From contig CM060733.1 in assembly GCA_030704615.1 (NCBI GenBank), positions 14,942,001 through 15,006,000 of the forward strand: DNA of 64,000 nucleotides. The letters are read 5' to 3'. How positions within the stretch are numbered: the first letter of the stretch is position 1; every line of letters begins with the position of its first letter. This DNA is from Takakia lepidozioides (Eukaryota > Plantae > Bryophyta). The notes beneath the pieces were generated by a model that searched no databases, was not told where the DNA came from, and was given only the letters and a program-made list of their open reading frames with translations. The position numbers and the translations under genes were made by a program. Shown here in pieces: positions 1 to 13,199 of this stretch.

Positions 1-1319
1 AACTTGTACACAAGTATGGATAGAGACGATCTTGCACAATTCTATCTGGCAGGCCAAGGTGGGTTGTGGAGGTGTTGTGGCAGTGCCACATTGCTACCAA
101 GTCTCGATCCGCCCCAGTATTGTGCGCTTTATATAGCCCACCCCATTTTCATATTTTCTTTCTTGGGTCGTCAACAAGTATGTTCTATTCTTGGCTCTAC
201 TGCCAAATTCTGCCTGATTGTGTGAAGATGAGAGACTGGGGATCTCTGTTTGATGATTCATAGCACAAGTGTGAGAGAATGAGAGGAATCTTGTTGTCCA
301 TTTACAGCTTATGGTCTCTTGCTTGACCTTGCCCAAGTTGCTTCAAGTACAATGACTACAACCCATTTCTATTACTGCTGTTTGATCAAAAGATCTATAA
401 AAAACTAAAAAGCAGTTTCTGGGTGGTCGAGTTGAGGATATCAAATTCCCCTTTAGTCCAGGCGATAACTAAGGAAACAAATTCTCGACACTTAGTCTGT
501 GGTGCACATAAACTAAAAAGTGGTCAGAGACCATTCTTCTAGCGAATCCTTCTACATGAACAAAATTCAAGCTCCATCTCAGTGAGGCTTCCAACAAATA
601 GACCAGCCATTCGCCATTTGACCACGCCATAGGTTCACATTTGCAACCAATCAATTGCCATCTCAATCAGCCAAGACTCGTTTTGTATGTTTGTGACTGC
701 GCTAAATGGTCCCTACAGAGATGGGGTGGGCCTTGCCTTCGCACAAGAGGCTACACAGACGCAGTAGCCTTGATGGATCAACCAGCCAAGACCACACACA
801 AAGAGTTACCATGGTCAGAGTAAAGCTATGGTTTATTTGTGCCTTTCTCCTGTGTAAAAAAAAGTAGTGCAGCAAGCTCCACACCTAGGCTTGGGTATGG
901 CACTTGGAAAACCCACTCAATGCATACGTGCTTCTTCAAGCATTTCTAAAGTGGTAGACACATAGTGACTTGGGAGTGGAAAGTGAGGACGCAGTCAAAG
1001 AATGTCTGGATACATGGTCTTGTGTTGGAAACTTTTGACAAGGCCAATGGCAAGTGGTTAGTTGTAGACATGGGGGAGAGGGGTGTTTTGGAGATGCCAA
1101 CAAATGTTTATGAGGACTGGTCTGAACCACACCAGTTCCCTACATACGACTTTGCAGACACTCTTCACGACGATGATCATTTGGATAATGTGAATAATGC
1201 ATATGAGGATGATAGTGTCAATGACGAGGACTGGAAACTGTTGATATGGAACTAGAGGATGTGCCATAAGAGGACGGTGTGTCATTTGAGGAGTCGTCTG
1301 CTGCATCACAATGGGTGTG

Positions 1320-4148
1320 CAATGAGACTACTTTTTTAGGGGACAAATAAACATTTCAAGGGCTAGAGCCATGGCCGGCCAACAGTGGCTGGCATGAGAG
1401 GAGCCAGTATCCTGTCATTATTTAATTTGTTTTGGAGGCCAGTTATGGTGCAACGAAACTTGTAGGGAGACGAATCATTATGGCCCTGCTGAAGAAGTGG
1501 GCCTAGATGGGTGGCTCTGACAGTCCCTGATCTTCAAGCTTTGGGTGGGTATTTGTCTCTTCATGGGCATGAAGATGTTGCCGAATACTCGCTACTATTG
1601 GCAGTCCAACAATTGCCAATCCAGCAAAGTATTCTTTGCTTGCCTAGTCATTAGGAAGGTCAGGAGCATGGACAGACTTGAGGCCATACTCTGTTGATTG
1701 CATCTTGTCGATATTTCTCTGCCGGTTTCTGATCATAGTAGCCCTTTGTAAGACAAACTTGGAAAGGTACTGTGGACCTGCGATGAAATAGTCAGTAGGT
1801 GCAAGTTGCACTGGAATTTAGGGAAGATGTTGACACTGGTGGATGAGGCAATGATTCGCTACAAAGTCTACAAGTACTGTGCAATTCAACAGTACATGCC
1901 AAAGAAACTAGTGAAGAGCGGCATAAAAATTTGGGCATTGGCGGATGCTAAGTCAAGTCATGTGTATGATTTTGATGTGTAATGTGGAAAAATGGAGGCT
2001 CTGTAGGAGTGAGGTAGAAAAGTGGTAAAGGTGAAGGGTACGACGTCGTCACATAGTTGGTTGAAGCCTTGCATGGATTGGGCCATGTGGTGGTCACTGA
2101 TAATAATTTCACCTCATCCTAGTTGTTTTATGACATGGCACAACTTGGGACAGGGCCACTGGCACTGTGAAGTTGAACAAGAAGGGTCTGCCATCTTCTT
2201 TGCTTAGGAAGAAAAAGATAAAGAATATTGTACAAGGTGACAGTTGGTTCAAAATGCACTCTTCAAGGCATGAGATAGTTGTTGTGTTGTGGTGGGATAA
2301 GAAGGGGGTGTTTCTCATTTCATCAGCGGCTCGACCTGCATCTGGCCGGCCGAACTCTCTAGGATTATTCGACGATTTGTGGGCAACAGTATCTAGTGGC
2401 TATTCCGTCAATGCCTATGCATGTGCAATACCAGGCGTACATGAGCGGTGTTGATGTGTAAGATCAGTTGCGTTGGGTATATAGCACCCAGTTGAAGACT
2501 CCTATAAGCGGTGGCATAGAGTTTTTCTCTTTCTCTTGGACACTACCATGTGAATGTTTATGTCTTACATACAACACAGATAAGGGGCATGGGTAAGGGT
2601 CCCATATCCCATCTCGAGTTCAATTTGGTGATGGCTCGATCCTTGACTGCTAGCACATGGGCGAGCTTGGAGATGACCTCGGTTTATGATACTGGCGGTC
2701 ATGCCCATGTGCATTAGTGCTTGCACAGCCCTATGAGGCGTTTGTGTGGACAGTGCCACAAGATGACCCATTATTACTGTCCTCGATGTGGGGTAGTTCA
2801 TGTGCCTTGGTGGTTGCTAGCGTGATGCGCACCGCATTCAAGCAAGGTGAATAGTTTGTCCTGGTATTTTGTGTAGCACTAACAAGTACTGTAGGCTTTG
2901 CATATTTGTTATGGAGGTGGAGAGGTGATATGATGTGCGTGCCAACTGTTGATTGTTTTGTGTGATCTTGTTGACACCTGGCCACACCTCCTTAACCAAT
3001 GTACCCATCCAATCATTCATGGCCTCCATATCACTCGTCACAATCACGCAGTCTGGCACATCCATACACTCCTTCTGAGCCATGCTGAAACCAAATGGTT
3101 TTCACTCATTAATGTCGACACCTACCAAGGCCGGCCACCAGACCACACTGTACCATCATGGCTGCTCCCATGTACATGTATCCGCTCACCATGCACCTGC
3201 CCCGCCAAACTCTGCCTTGATATCTTACTTGTCCAAGGCCTACCCACTAACACTATGTCCCTTCGATTGATCGGTGCTCCTTCTCCTCAATTGCACCCAA
3301 GGTTTAAAAAAGAAGAAGCATTTGCCCAGAGTTTTAAACGCTTAGAGGTGCCACGCTCTAGCACATGTGGAAAGCCCGCTATGCCTTGACTTTGGATAAC
3401 ACAGACAACTCACCTACCAACACACATATTTTTAATTTTATTGTCGTCGTTAAAAAAATGTGGGCAAAATTATGTGCAAACATTGAAAAGACTCCAGGAC
3501 TTCAACCTTCACTCCTCGCCATCTTCAAGGCTACCTGGGGACGTCAAGGCCTCATGTGCCGCTGCATTGAGGCAAACTCCTGTATCTGGCCAAAACAAAT
3601 CCCACCACAATGGCAACAACGTTGGGCCCTAGTCTTCGGCATCCTCGAAGTATGATAAATCGAAGTCAAGCTGGAATTACATTAAAGTTGATACAAAGAC
3701 TAAGGTGCATTTTCACAAATAGTGTCTCCACTGCTAAAGCAATTGACCTCTTCCATCTTCGTTTGATGGCATGAACCGGACCTTACGGTTCTATAGCAAT
3801 CCTAGTTGAAAAATCTATTTTTTTATAGGTTTCCATTGACCCCCTCACACATGTTCAAGCACATGCGGACAAAAGAGAGGCTTTAACCACATCCGTTCAA
3901 TGGGTGCAATAGCCGTGCACGCATTACAAGATTTCTTTTTCGCGTTGAACAAAAACCTGATGACAAGTGAACGCCTCATTGGACAATCGAACGATTTTTC
4001 GATTGATCTCGTATTACGCTGGGACGTATCAGAGGGTACATTGAACACATTGGCCAAGTTTCAAAGCGAACGAAAATCATTAATAAAAAAGATGGCCTGT
4101 GGTTCAGATTTTTCAGATTTTTGTAAAAAAGCTGTAGGCATTTAGGGG
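1320..4148 (+). mobile_element. Decayed piggyBac-superfamily DNA transposon (DDE_Tnp_1_7-type transposase pseudogene ~1320-2800; right terminus at 4148, left end not found)
   Basis: Broken-frame translation gives piggyBac motifs in the correct order: FKLWVGICLFMGMKMLPNTRYYW (~1535), VDEAMIRYK (~1838), QQYMPKKLVKSGIKIWALADAKSSHVYDFDV*CG (~1888), GHVVVTDNNFTS (~2081), WWDKKGVFLIS (~2289), YQAYMSGVDV*DQLR (~2429), KRWHRVFLFLLD (~2506). GGCATTTAGGGG followed by TTAA (4149-4152) matches a piggyBac end. Confidence 0.85.
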
Positions 4149-6140
4149 TTAATATCAAGGTAATCATCCACTTATATAGGCGAGGAGTATTACAAAGCTG
4201 GAGGTAACCAAGAGCCTGTACAGCAATACTGGTGGATTAAAATAGATGCATTATTGATGTGACCCCTCTCCTTATTCACAAATCCTGATCATGGGTATCG
4301 ACCTCCCGTGAAGCCACCCTTAGGAACCAACTTATTCAACTAAAGAACACCATCATTTGAATGCATAAAAAGCCTTCATACTGCTATGCAGATTTTGAGT
4401 ATCTGCATATAAGCTAAATACAGCACCTGTTGTGCCCATCCAAGAGTGCTTGTTTTGAATGGAAGTCCAATAGACACTATCCTTGCTGGCACTCAACCCA
4501 GTTATAAAAACTGAGGCTGCAAAGTAATTTCTCCCAAAGCTGAATTCAAAACTGTTTCATAACATAAATAAGCAGAAGTGAAGTGCTCTAACCTTCATCA
4601 TCAATCGCTTCAGCACACTGGCTGACTCAAAATGCCCTTCCATCTCCATCTCTACATATCAGTTGGCCGCCATGAAACTCTCTCGCTCTCTGTGCACTTG
4701 AAAAATTCTCTTTTCGAATGAGCTTCGTCAAAAATAACCTTGGCACTAGTTTCTGGGGACCCTCTGATGTGTCTCAGGTTTCTATTGCGTCCCCAGCACA
4801 GCCTTACTTGAAGGATGTTGCCATCTCATGCAGAAGGGTCTATGGTCTGTGCAAAATTCCAGCATCATGGCTCTTTTATCTCACGAACATAAATTTCAAG
4901 CTGCGAATGATGTACTGCTCTACCTGCCTCTGTAACAGGCATGTATCCTAGACCAGTGCAATGCCAGCAGGCTGGATGAGAGGATCATGCAGCCTAAAAT
5001 CCATCTGCACAGTCCATTCCAACCTTCTCTCAATGAGTACCGATACAAGTGAGGAGAAAGAAATTGAGGTACCTGCCCAAGTATGGCATGGCTAGCCCTA
5101 AATTACGGCCAAAACATCCTATTACAGAATTATGACTAAGACAGCCACACTGAGACATGAGTAGTTCGAAAGATTGGTTGCATTGCATAGATAGAAAGTA
5201 CTCAAATTTGGCGCTAGGGTTGAAAAATGGCCAGTTGCCCTGTGCTCTGTAGTTGCCATGCCCGCTTCTAGCCTCACACCTCCTCGTCTCTAGCTTTATG
5301 TGTCTGCTAGTAACGTTTGCGCATGAAACTAAAAGACTAACCTCCTCTATCCTTTGTCATCAGCAGGGCTGGACCCATGAATGGGCTCCGCCTTCTCTTC
5401 TGAACCAGCCTCGGTAGCTTCGTCGCTAGAGGTTCCTGGAGTGTTGGGAGTACCACTCATTTCTATTGAAGCCAGAGAGGAGACTTTGGCGGCATCCATA
5501 TTTAGAAGCTTCTCGAACGTAGCTGGCGTATGGGGGAGAGGGCAAGCTGCGGCGGTCCATCGCTGCTGCAGTGGGGCATAGTTCCAGGCATCAACTCTTC
5601 CTCTTTGCATTTCAGAGGAGAACAAAACATTGAAAAGACATGAAATCGTATGAAACTGCTGGTGACTTCATGGCTGCATTCAGCCACATAATACAGTCAC
5701 TACTGTTCCAATGTTCATATCGATCAATATGGGAAGAGTATAGTGTCATGATTTCCTCTGAACACCTATTTATTGTCCAGGCTCAGAAGAATACCTTGTG
5801 TAAAGTTAAAGAGAAACTCAGATCAGCCTCCTTGGCAGAATGCTGAAAGAAATGTTGCCCACGCCCAAGCGGAGCAGAGGGAGCTCGGAAGCAGCGGCTA
5901 TGGCAGGAGTGATCCTTCTGAAACGCTCGTAGAAGAGCTCGTGCGTACTTCATGCTGTTCATCCTGATACTCAATATGAACACTTGTGAGAGGCTTTGTG
6001 TGATTGGGGAGTGAATGGCCACTCTCTCCTCTTCGTTTTTCCAAAAGAGGAAGAAAATTCAAATAAGATTGTGAGAGAAGAATGAAAAGAACTTGCATGA
6101 GCATCCAAACTTCTCTCAACCTCAGCAACACATTAAGGGA

Positions 6141-6441
6141 GCTCCAGCAGAACTACGAAGGAAAACTATAAATAGAAAAACCATAAATAGAAAGCCCAAT
6201 CCAGCAGTCTAATTCCAGTCCAACAACTGCTGAAGAAACCCAGCATTCACTCTTGGAAACCATATCAAAGAAAATCTGAAACGCTCCAGCAGAACTACGA
6301 AGGAAAGAAGCCTCCCAGGCAAGCCATTGTGAGGTAAAACTATAAATAGAAAGCCCAATCCAAGCAGTCTAATTCCTGTCCAACAGCTGCTGCAGAAACC
6401 CAGCATTCACTCTCGGAAACCATATCAAAGAAAATCTGAAA
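6141..6441. repeat. Imperfect tandem duplication (~140-160 bp unit x2)
   Basis: GCTCCAGCAGAACTACGAAGGAAA...GGAAACCATATCAAAGAAAATCTGAAAC occurs at ~6141-6281 and ~6282-6441. Confidence 0.85.
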
Positions 6442-8581
6442 CCCCATGAGAGCTCTACCACATGATTCCTCAAACACCAAGAAGGGGCTCAATGGAGCAA
6501 GAAAGAAACCAAGGTTTCCTTTCAGTGTCTCAAAACTTCCTTTGCAAACACCTAATAAAGACAAGGGAGTTTCAGGCCTGTGGTTAGGGCACTGTGACTG
6601 CACTTAGCTTGGTCCTGCATTCACATCCACAGGCAAATGCTAGTAGTTGTTGAGCATAGTTAACCCAACTGCAAGGGAGTTACCAACAAGCTGACTGTTG
6701 GCTCTTCAGGATGACAGACATGCAGGAAGAGCATGCTTCTTTTTCGGTCAACAGGAGACTCTTAGAAATCTGACTTGTCGAAGGAGCCCAGCACTCCAGA
6801 ACGGACCACACCTACCTGCAGTGAGAGGGTCCATGATCATGCAGCGATAACTGGACCTAACACCAATAGATCTGTTTCCCAGCCAAAAGTGGCCAAAACT
6901 TTGTAGAAGCACCTCCTTGGGCCTCTAATCTTAGGATGAAATCTAAGAAACATGTCATAGGGAGAAAAGTGATCACTGTGCACTTCTTCCCGTCCAAAGA
7001 ATCTTTCCTCCTCCCAAGTCTGCGGGTTTGAAATCAAACTGCTCGATGCTTGCAGTTTGAAGCCAAGTTTCGCTGTAAGGCCCATTTCGCAGTCAGCCCT
7101 TGTGCACTGCTACAGGAAAACAAAAGTGTTCACACCTTCAACTTTTGGCCTTCAAGGAGAGTCTTTGTGCATGAGTGACATGTAACTCCCACCACTTGGG
7201 GATGCTTTCCAGTTTTTCTGTCCGTTCTTTCTACTTCCCTTCCCTCAAAGCTTTGAGCTCCTCCTCAATTCTCTGCCAAGCATAGACATATCTCAGCAGT
7301 AAGTCACATGAGCAGGAAAAGAAGCACACTTTTGAGTACCCGCGAGAAGACAAGATGCCGCCACCAGCGCTCCGAAACGGTGTAGCTCAACAGAATATTA
7401 TTCGTACTGCGTTCTCGGTCACTCTCGCATCTCCTCTTCCAGCTCAATCACCACCTAAACTATGGAACTAAGGCAGGCGGGGATGCAGGCACTTGTGCCC
7501 AATCTTTAACTCAGCTTTCACCGCACACCTTTCAACACCACGTTTTACCTCTGCATCTGCTCAGCGTCACTTACTCTCCGACCGAATAGCACGCCACCTT
7601 CCTGGACATTCGACTACCTACAGAGAGCTAAAAGGACAGACTGGGCAGGCTCCATAACTTCCTCAATGTGGGTCCCCCGAGCAACCAGCAATCTACACAG
7701 GACTTGCCGCCATGGAGGTAAAGCATTCGCTCTTCCTCCTCTCGAATCCGTAATGAGAGTTTTGGGCCAGTAAGGTGCTGGGAAAACACAATACGACGGC
7801 CACGATCGAGGCCCGCGGTGCGCACAGTGGCGGTCGCATACGCTTTGGTGCCTGCTTGTGTGCAGAGTGATTACGTGCTCTGGTGGTCATGTTGTACAGA
7901 CGTCTGTGGTTCGGTTGATTGCTTTTCAGCATGGATCCTTACAAGGTGCGCTGCTGTTGACAATCTTTTTCCTAGGCTTTGTTTGGATTGGCAGCTTGTA
8001 TGGATACGTTGTCTTGTTTCCTGTTTGTGCGGGTAATTGGGGATGGAGGAAATTGGGTGTGATGAGAAGGTGGGTGTCTATAGGAGATGGTGTATGTTGA
8101 TAGTAGTGTAAGGCGGGAGGTACTGGGGATGATTGAGGCACATTGTGTCTGAGAACACCAATCAACACTAACTTGGCTTTCTTGTACAGATACACACCAG
8201 AGAGGTGCAGCTCTTCGCGATTAAAACTCATGGGGCAAGGTAGCATCTTAATGATTTTTGCCTAACTGGATACCAAGGAGATTGATAGGGTAATAATGAA
8301 AATGACCTTCTAACATTCCCGAATTCCTAGGGCACAACATCCCCGCATAGGAAAATCTACCTCTTCTCTGCTAATCTGTGTGGGCGAGAAGTTCAATCTA
8401 TCACCACAAGGAATTGGCAAGCACAGTCATCTGGGTGCAACATCAATTCCCACTCCTCTTCTTTGTGCCTCTCTAGAGAGCTGTCTTCTCTGTCTAAGTT
8501 AGCCTAAACTGAAATCTCTGAAATCATCTTTAAAGTGCTACAGGATTTGAGCAGAGAAGGTTAGTATCATAAAATCAATAC

Positions 8582-8678
8582 CTCGCTCTCCCACAGTAAG
8601 AGATGCATTGTTGTTCCACACCGGAGCACCCAAATTGGTGGTCCAAAATAGAGAGTTGTAAGCACTTGATGGCTGGAA
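8582..8678 (-). pseudogene. CAT: Catalase exon 2 (97 bp), inverted relative to the rest of the gene
   Basis: Minus strand reads cag|[32 protein letters not shown](G)|gt, with intact AG/GT ends and the phase needed to join exons 1 and 3. Confidence 0.93.
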
Positions 8679-9187
8679 CTGCCGCCACATCCACTTACCG
8701 AAAATCTCAATATCGTCTTATTTACACAGCCAAATTTGTTAGGGCTACTACCCTTACACAACCCGTAGCTCTGTGTTCAGGTCTACTTGCAACGTAGTCC
8801 TCAATTCTTTCATACAGAAATAGCCTCAAAAGAGATAGAGATCAATTGCAAGATGCAGCCCCGAATCGACTGAAATTGAAGGCCACGAAATTGCAACTTT
8901 CAAAGTCCCATGGCAACTAAACTTGAAGCTATTGAATCCTCCAGGAAATCACATTCCATCGATCCTCTCTCAACAAACAGTCCAGCGGAAACATACCAGC
9001 AAATAAGCACCACCTAGTAAGATGTGTACCATAGTGTCCATCACTTTTCATTGAAAGTGGTTACACGTTTACCACGCATCAAAGAGTGAGAGTGAGAGTG
9101 AGAGTGAGAGTATAAGCTTCAATTTCTTGGAGAGTCAGGTGTTGGTTTGATAGTGGACACTACAGAACTCACCATATTTAATTACAG

Positions 9188-9271
9188 ATGATATACTACT
9201 GGTGTATGTATCTGATGATATACTACTGGTGTATGTATCTGATGATATACTACTGGTGTATGTATCTGATG
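9188..9271. repeat. 27-bp tandem repeat x3 (GATGATATACTACTGGTGTATGTATCT); (GAGAGT)n tract at ~9083-9111 nearby
   Basis: Directly visible repeat. Confidence 0.95.
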
Positions 9272-9336
9272 TGTGGATGTGGTTTGCAAGCCCCATTTTG
9301 CAGGAAGACTACCATCTGATAGAGAAGGTTGCGCAC

Positions 9337-9622
9337 GATGCCCAGTTTTATGGCTGGGGAGAATAAAAAGGGGAAAAAATATGGTGGCATTGTTAGAGGA
9401 CAGAGTAAATTGGTGAAAGCGGAGCAATTAGAGTTTTTGGTTGATTGGCTCTGAAAAAGATGAAAATCTAATTGTTCCTCTTTCACTAACTTACTGTGAC
9501 CTTTAGAAATGGCACCACATTTTTTTCCCTTTTTATTTATGCCACTTTATTCGAAGCACACCTCCTTTTTTTGTGTAATGTAGACACCCACCTATAACCG
9601 TTCAAGCAGCTATGAAGGTATG
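9337..9622. mobile_element. 286-bp fold-back (MITE-like) insertion in catalase exon 3
   Basis: Removing it restores a contiguous 278-bp exon. It contains ~75-bp imperfect inverted arms at ~9362-9437 and ~9463-9537. Confidence 0.7.
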
Positions 9623-12600
9623 TTTGACAGGGAGCGCATTCCTGAGCGTGTGGTTCATGCCCGGGGAGCAAGTGCCAAGGGTTTTTTTGCGGTCACCCAT
9701 GACATTTCTCATCTTATCTGTGCCGATTTTCGGCGGGCAGGAGGGGTGCAGACCCCGGTGATTCTTCGCTTCAGAACAGTTATAAATGAACGTGGCAGCC
9801 CTGAGACTCTCAGGGATCCTCGAGGTTTTGCTGTCGAATTTTACACTCGCGAGGTATGTTTAAGTTTTATTAAGAGTTTGAACTAGATTTATTTGGGTTA
9901 TTGCAGGACAGGGGATGGAAATTAGGACCTGCGGTTTGTTTTGAGCACATATTAGTGAGCAGCATTGCAGAACTACTGGCTAATGAACACGTTCACTTGT
10001 AAAGTCAGAAAAGGACTGGGCAGCCGACACTTTTATTGTCTTCTCACTACCGTCTGTAGATTTGTATGGAGAAGCTGCACATAAAGCAGGTCAGGCCTAG
10101 CCAATGATCTAGGTTAGTCTTGAGGTGCTCTCCTCATTTTTTGATGTACATGGAATGATCCGGGATGTACATCAGGGAAACTTTGATATGGTGGGCAACC
10201 ACTTTCCAGTCTTCTTTGTAGGAGATGGAATGAAGTTTCACTGAAGCCCAATCCTAAGACTCATATTCAAGAAATATGGCCCATCCTGTACTTTTTTCTC
10301 ACCATCCAGAGAGCTGCCACATGTTTACTTTTATGTTTGATGGTGTGGGCGTAGATTCACGAAGGTTTTGGTGACACGTTTACACTAATCAACAAGGTGG
10401 GCAAGTCAACATATGTCAAATTTCACTGGCTTCCAATTGGTGGAGTGAAAGCCCTGACTAACGAAGGGGCCCTTGTTGTGGGGGGGTCAAACCACAGCTA
10501 ATAACCCAGAGTGGAAGCTCTTTATCCAGACCATGGATCCGGCAGACGAAAATAAGTTTGACTTTGACCCATTGGATGTTACTAAGATTTGGCCAGAGGA
10601 GCTCTTCCCCTTGCAACCAGTGGGCTGGTTGGTGCTTAACAGGAACATTGATAACTTCTTTGCTGAGAATGAGCAGCTTGCTTTTTGCCCATCTATTTGT
10701 GGTGCCTGGGGTGTAGTACACGGATTACAAGCTGTTGCAGACCGGTATTTTCTCCTATGCGGACGCAGTGACACCGTTTGGGTCCCAACTACTTGCTGCC
10801 TGTAAATGCTCCTAAGTGTGCCCACCACAACAACCATCATGAGGGTGCCATGAACTTCATGCACAGAGATGAGGAGGTCAGTGTAGTTTGATGCTAACTT
10901 ATGCCCTACTTATTATGCCAGTATTTAGTGTCTGCATCTCTCTCCGTCACTCAATTGGCATTTCCCTAAGATTATGTGGATTCTTTTTATGTTTTCTTTG
11001 TCCTTGGGACCTGGTACAATGTTCAATTGAACAGTAAGGTGGCTTGTTGCCAGCTTGTATCCTATTGGAACTTGCCCAATCTTCCTTTTCCATTGAGAGT
11101 CTGGTATACATTTGGCCGAGGAAATGAGCTGTAGGATGATATTTCTGCATTGGATCTATGGTCAGATTGTTTTCAGTGAATAATCATGTACCTGATTTGA
11201 CAGGTGAACTATTTCGCGGTTCGATCCTGTCCGCCACTCAGAAACAGTGCCCATTCCATCACAATGTTGTGAGTGGAAAGCGTGAAAAGGTAAGGCTTCT
11301 TTGCGCTTGTCCAGGGTTTTAGGTGCTCGTGGTATGGTGGTTGTATGGTCCTTTTGTCTTTGAAGTTCAGTTAGTCAAGTTCGTAGATGCTGGTTCTATT
11401 TACATAATGCTGTCCAGGGTAGGTGAATGAAGGTTGTAGTTTTTTCTGTCTTTGGAGACAACACTGATGTGAAAGTCCCCTCATATTTGTATCAGTTTTG
11501 AACAAAAATGTCAACTAGGGTTGACTTTCTAAAATGAAACAAGTATTGCTCATTATATCGATATTTATTTATATGGATGGTAAATGTTTTCAAAGCGCTT
11601 TCAGTTTGTAATCCGCTATGTTACCTTTATTCAAATTACAGGTGACGATTGAGAAAGAAAACAACTTTGCACAACCCGGCGCAAGGTTCTGGTCATGGGC
11701 ACCTGACAGGTGTAAGTGCAATTACACTAGCCATTCTCCTCTGGGCTTTTAGTGATTATAAGTTTAATTTTGTCTCTGAGATCTTTGTGTTCTCTGTTTC
11801 CTTTCGGATGATGGTTGTAGTTAGTGTTGGTTGGGCCCTCTTGCATTGGAGCATACCCAATTTTTCACGGGTTTTCGCATCCCAGTACATTCCTGCAGCA
11901 GATGAGTGTGGAAGATGTATGTTGTAAGGAGTAACTGCAGAGGTAGGGGAGAGATACCCGATGCTGCTGACCACTGTAACAACTTTGGCTGTTAATAATT
12001 ATTGTATTGGCTGCAAGCAACACAAATTTGGAACAGCTTCAGGACAGGCTGGAGGCAGGGTTCGTAGTTGGCAGTTCCTGACTTCATCAGATCTGACCGG
12101 ATAGTTGTCTATTCAACTGCAGACAAGAGTGCTTCATCAAATTGTGGGAAGAGGCTTAGGACAAAGCCATCTTGCTGAGAGCTGTACCTTGATCAGGCCT
12201 CTGCCTCAGTTTTCATCTTTTCTTTTCGACTGTTTTAGCGTACTCTGGATATAGTGCCTCTGTCTCTAGAAACAAGATTGTTTATAAGAGGAAGTACTCA
12301 GCAGAGGTGAGCGCTAGACTTCATTCTCCACTGAATCAATACGTTTTGTTTTATCAAGTCTCGCTTGTATGTGCTCTTATTACTGGCTGCCCTATTCATC
12401 TGTGCAATGTGAATGCTGCAGATGCATGTGTGGTAGGTAGGTAGTTTCATCAGATGAAGTAGGTCTTCAAATGGTTGAGCCCCGTTTCATGGCTCTCTCG
12501 TCGAAAATGGCACCTTCGCGAAAACCCTTACCTTCTGGCTTTTTGTGTCCTGCCTGGGCAGGAGGTTGGGTAGCGCATGAGCAAAAGGGCATATTCCTTG

Positions 12601-13199
12601 AATTTCCGTGAAATTTCCACAGCGAAATGAACTTGGCGAAACTAAAAATTTCGTGAAACTAACACATAAAGAACAAGTAGCCCCTAGATGAACATGTTAC
12701 CGTATAGGTGTGGCTTTTCTCCATAACAGGTGCGAGAGTGGGCGGTGAGGCTTCGCCTCAAATTTAAGGTCCTCGCCCATGGATAATTTCACACGGTGAA
12801 ACCAGCATGAAAAGAAATCACACTGTAGCTAAAAGGATGAATAAGTCACTTTTGAAGCCCCCCACCTATCCCTTTTGGATGTGGAATCGTTGGGCGATGG
12901 GATTTCGTATAGAAAGTTTCGACTAAAGCTATACCACTAAGTGTTTCTCAATGCGAAACCCACCGCTGCTTAGGTTTGTGCCCATATCACATATCATTTA
13001 TGGCTACACTACGGAAGGTTTTGCCTCGCTGAATCGGGGCAAATGTACTATACAAATGCACCAGTCCTCTATACCCGCTTATGGTTTTATTCCATTTTGA
13101 AAACATATAACTCCTATGACCGAGGTTTTAAAACATAAAACTCCCATGACCGTGGGTTGCACTCCCTCTCACAGGATCCCCCCCCCCCCCCGGGGGATG

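Larger units (their letters stand above)
7931..12160 (+). pseudogene. CAT: Plant catalase pseudogene, rearranged
   Basis: Exon 1 ATGGATCCTTACAAG|GT (MDPYK, 7931-7945). Exon 2 lies on the minus strand (8678-8582). Exon 3 is split: 9290-9336 (GPILQEDYHLIEKVAH) plus 9623-9853 ([20 protein letters not shown]...FYTRE). Exon 4 ~10176-10876 has several deletions and frameshifts (GNFDMVGN...HRDEE). Further exons at 11204-11289, 11642-11709 and a truncated one from 12123. Confidence 0.95.

Noticed and set aside
4153-7750. Possible decayed L1 ORF1/endonuclease on the minus strand (also ~1-640, SDH motif)
   Set aside because: Only isolated weak motifs; cannot be supported without a profile search.
9188-9271. 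27-bp repeats resembling a CRISPR array
   Set aside because: Head-to-tail with no spacers, no cas genes, eukaryotic context.
12479-13040. Possible MITE with GCCCCG(A/T)TTCA inverted ends
   Set aside because: Only an ~11-bp imperfect match, with no convincing TSD or empty site.
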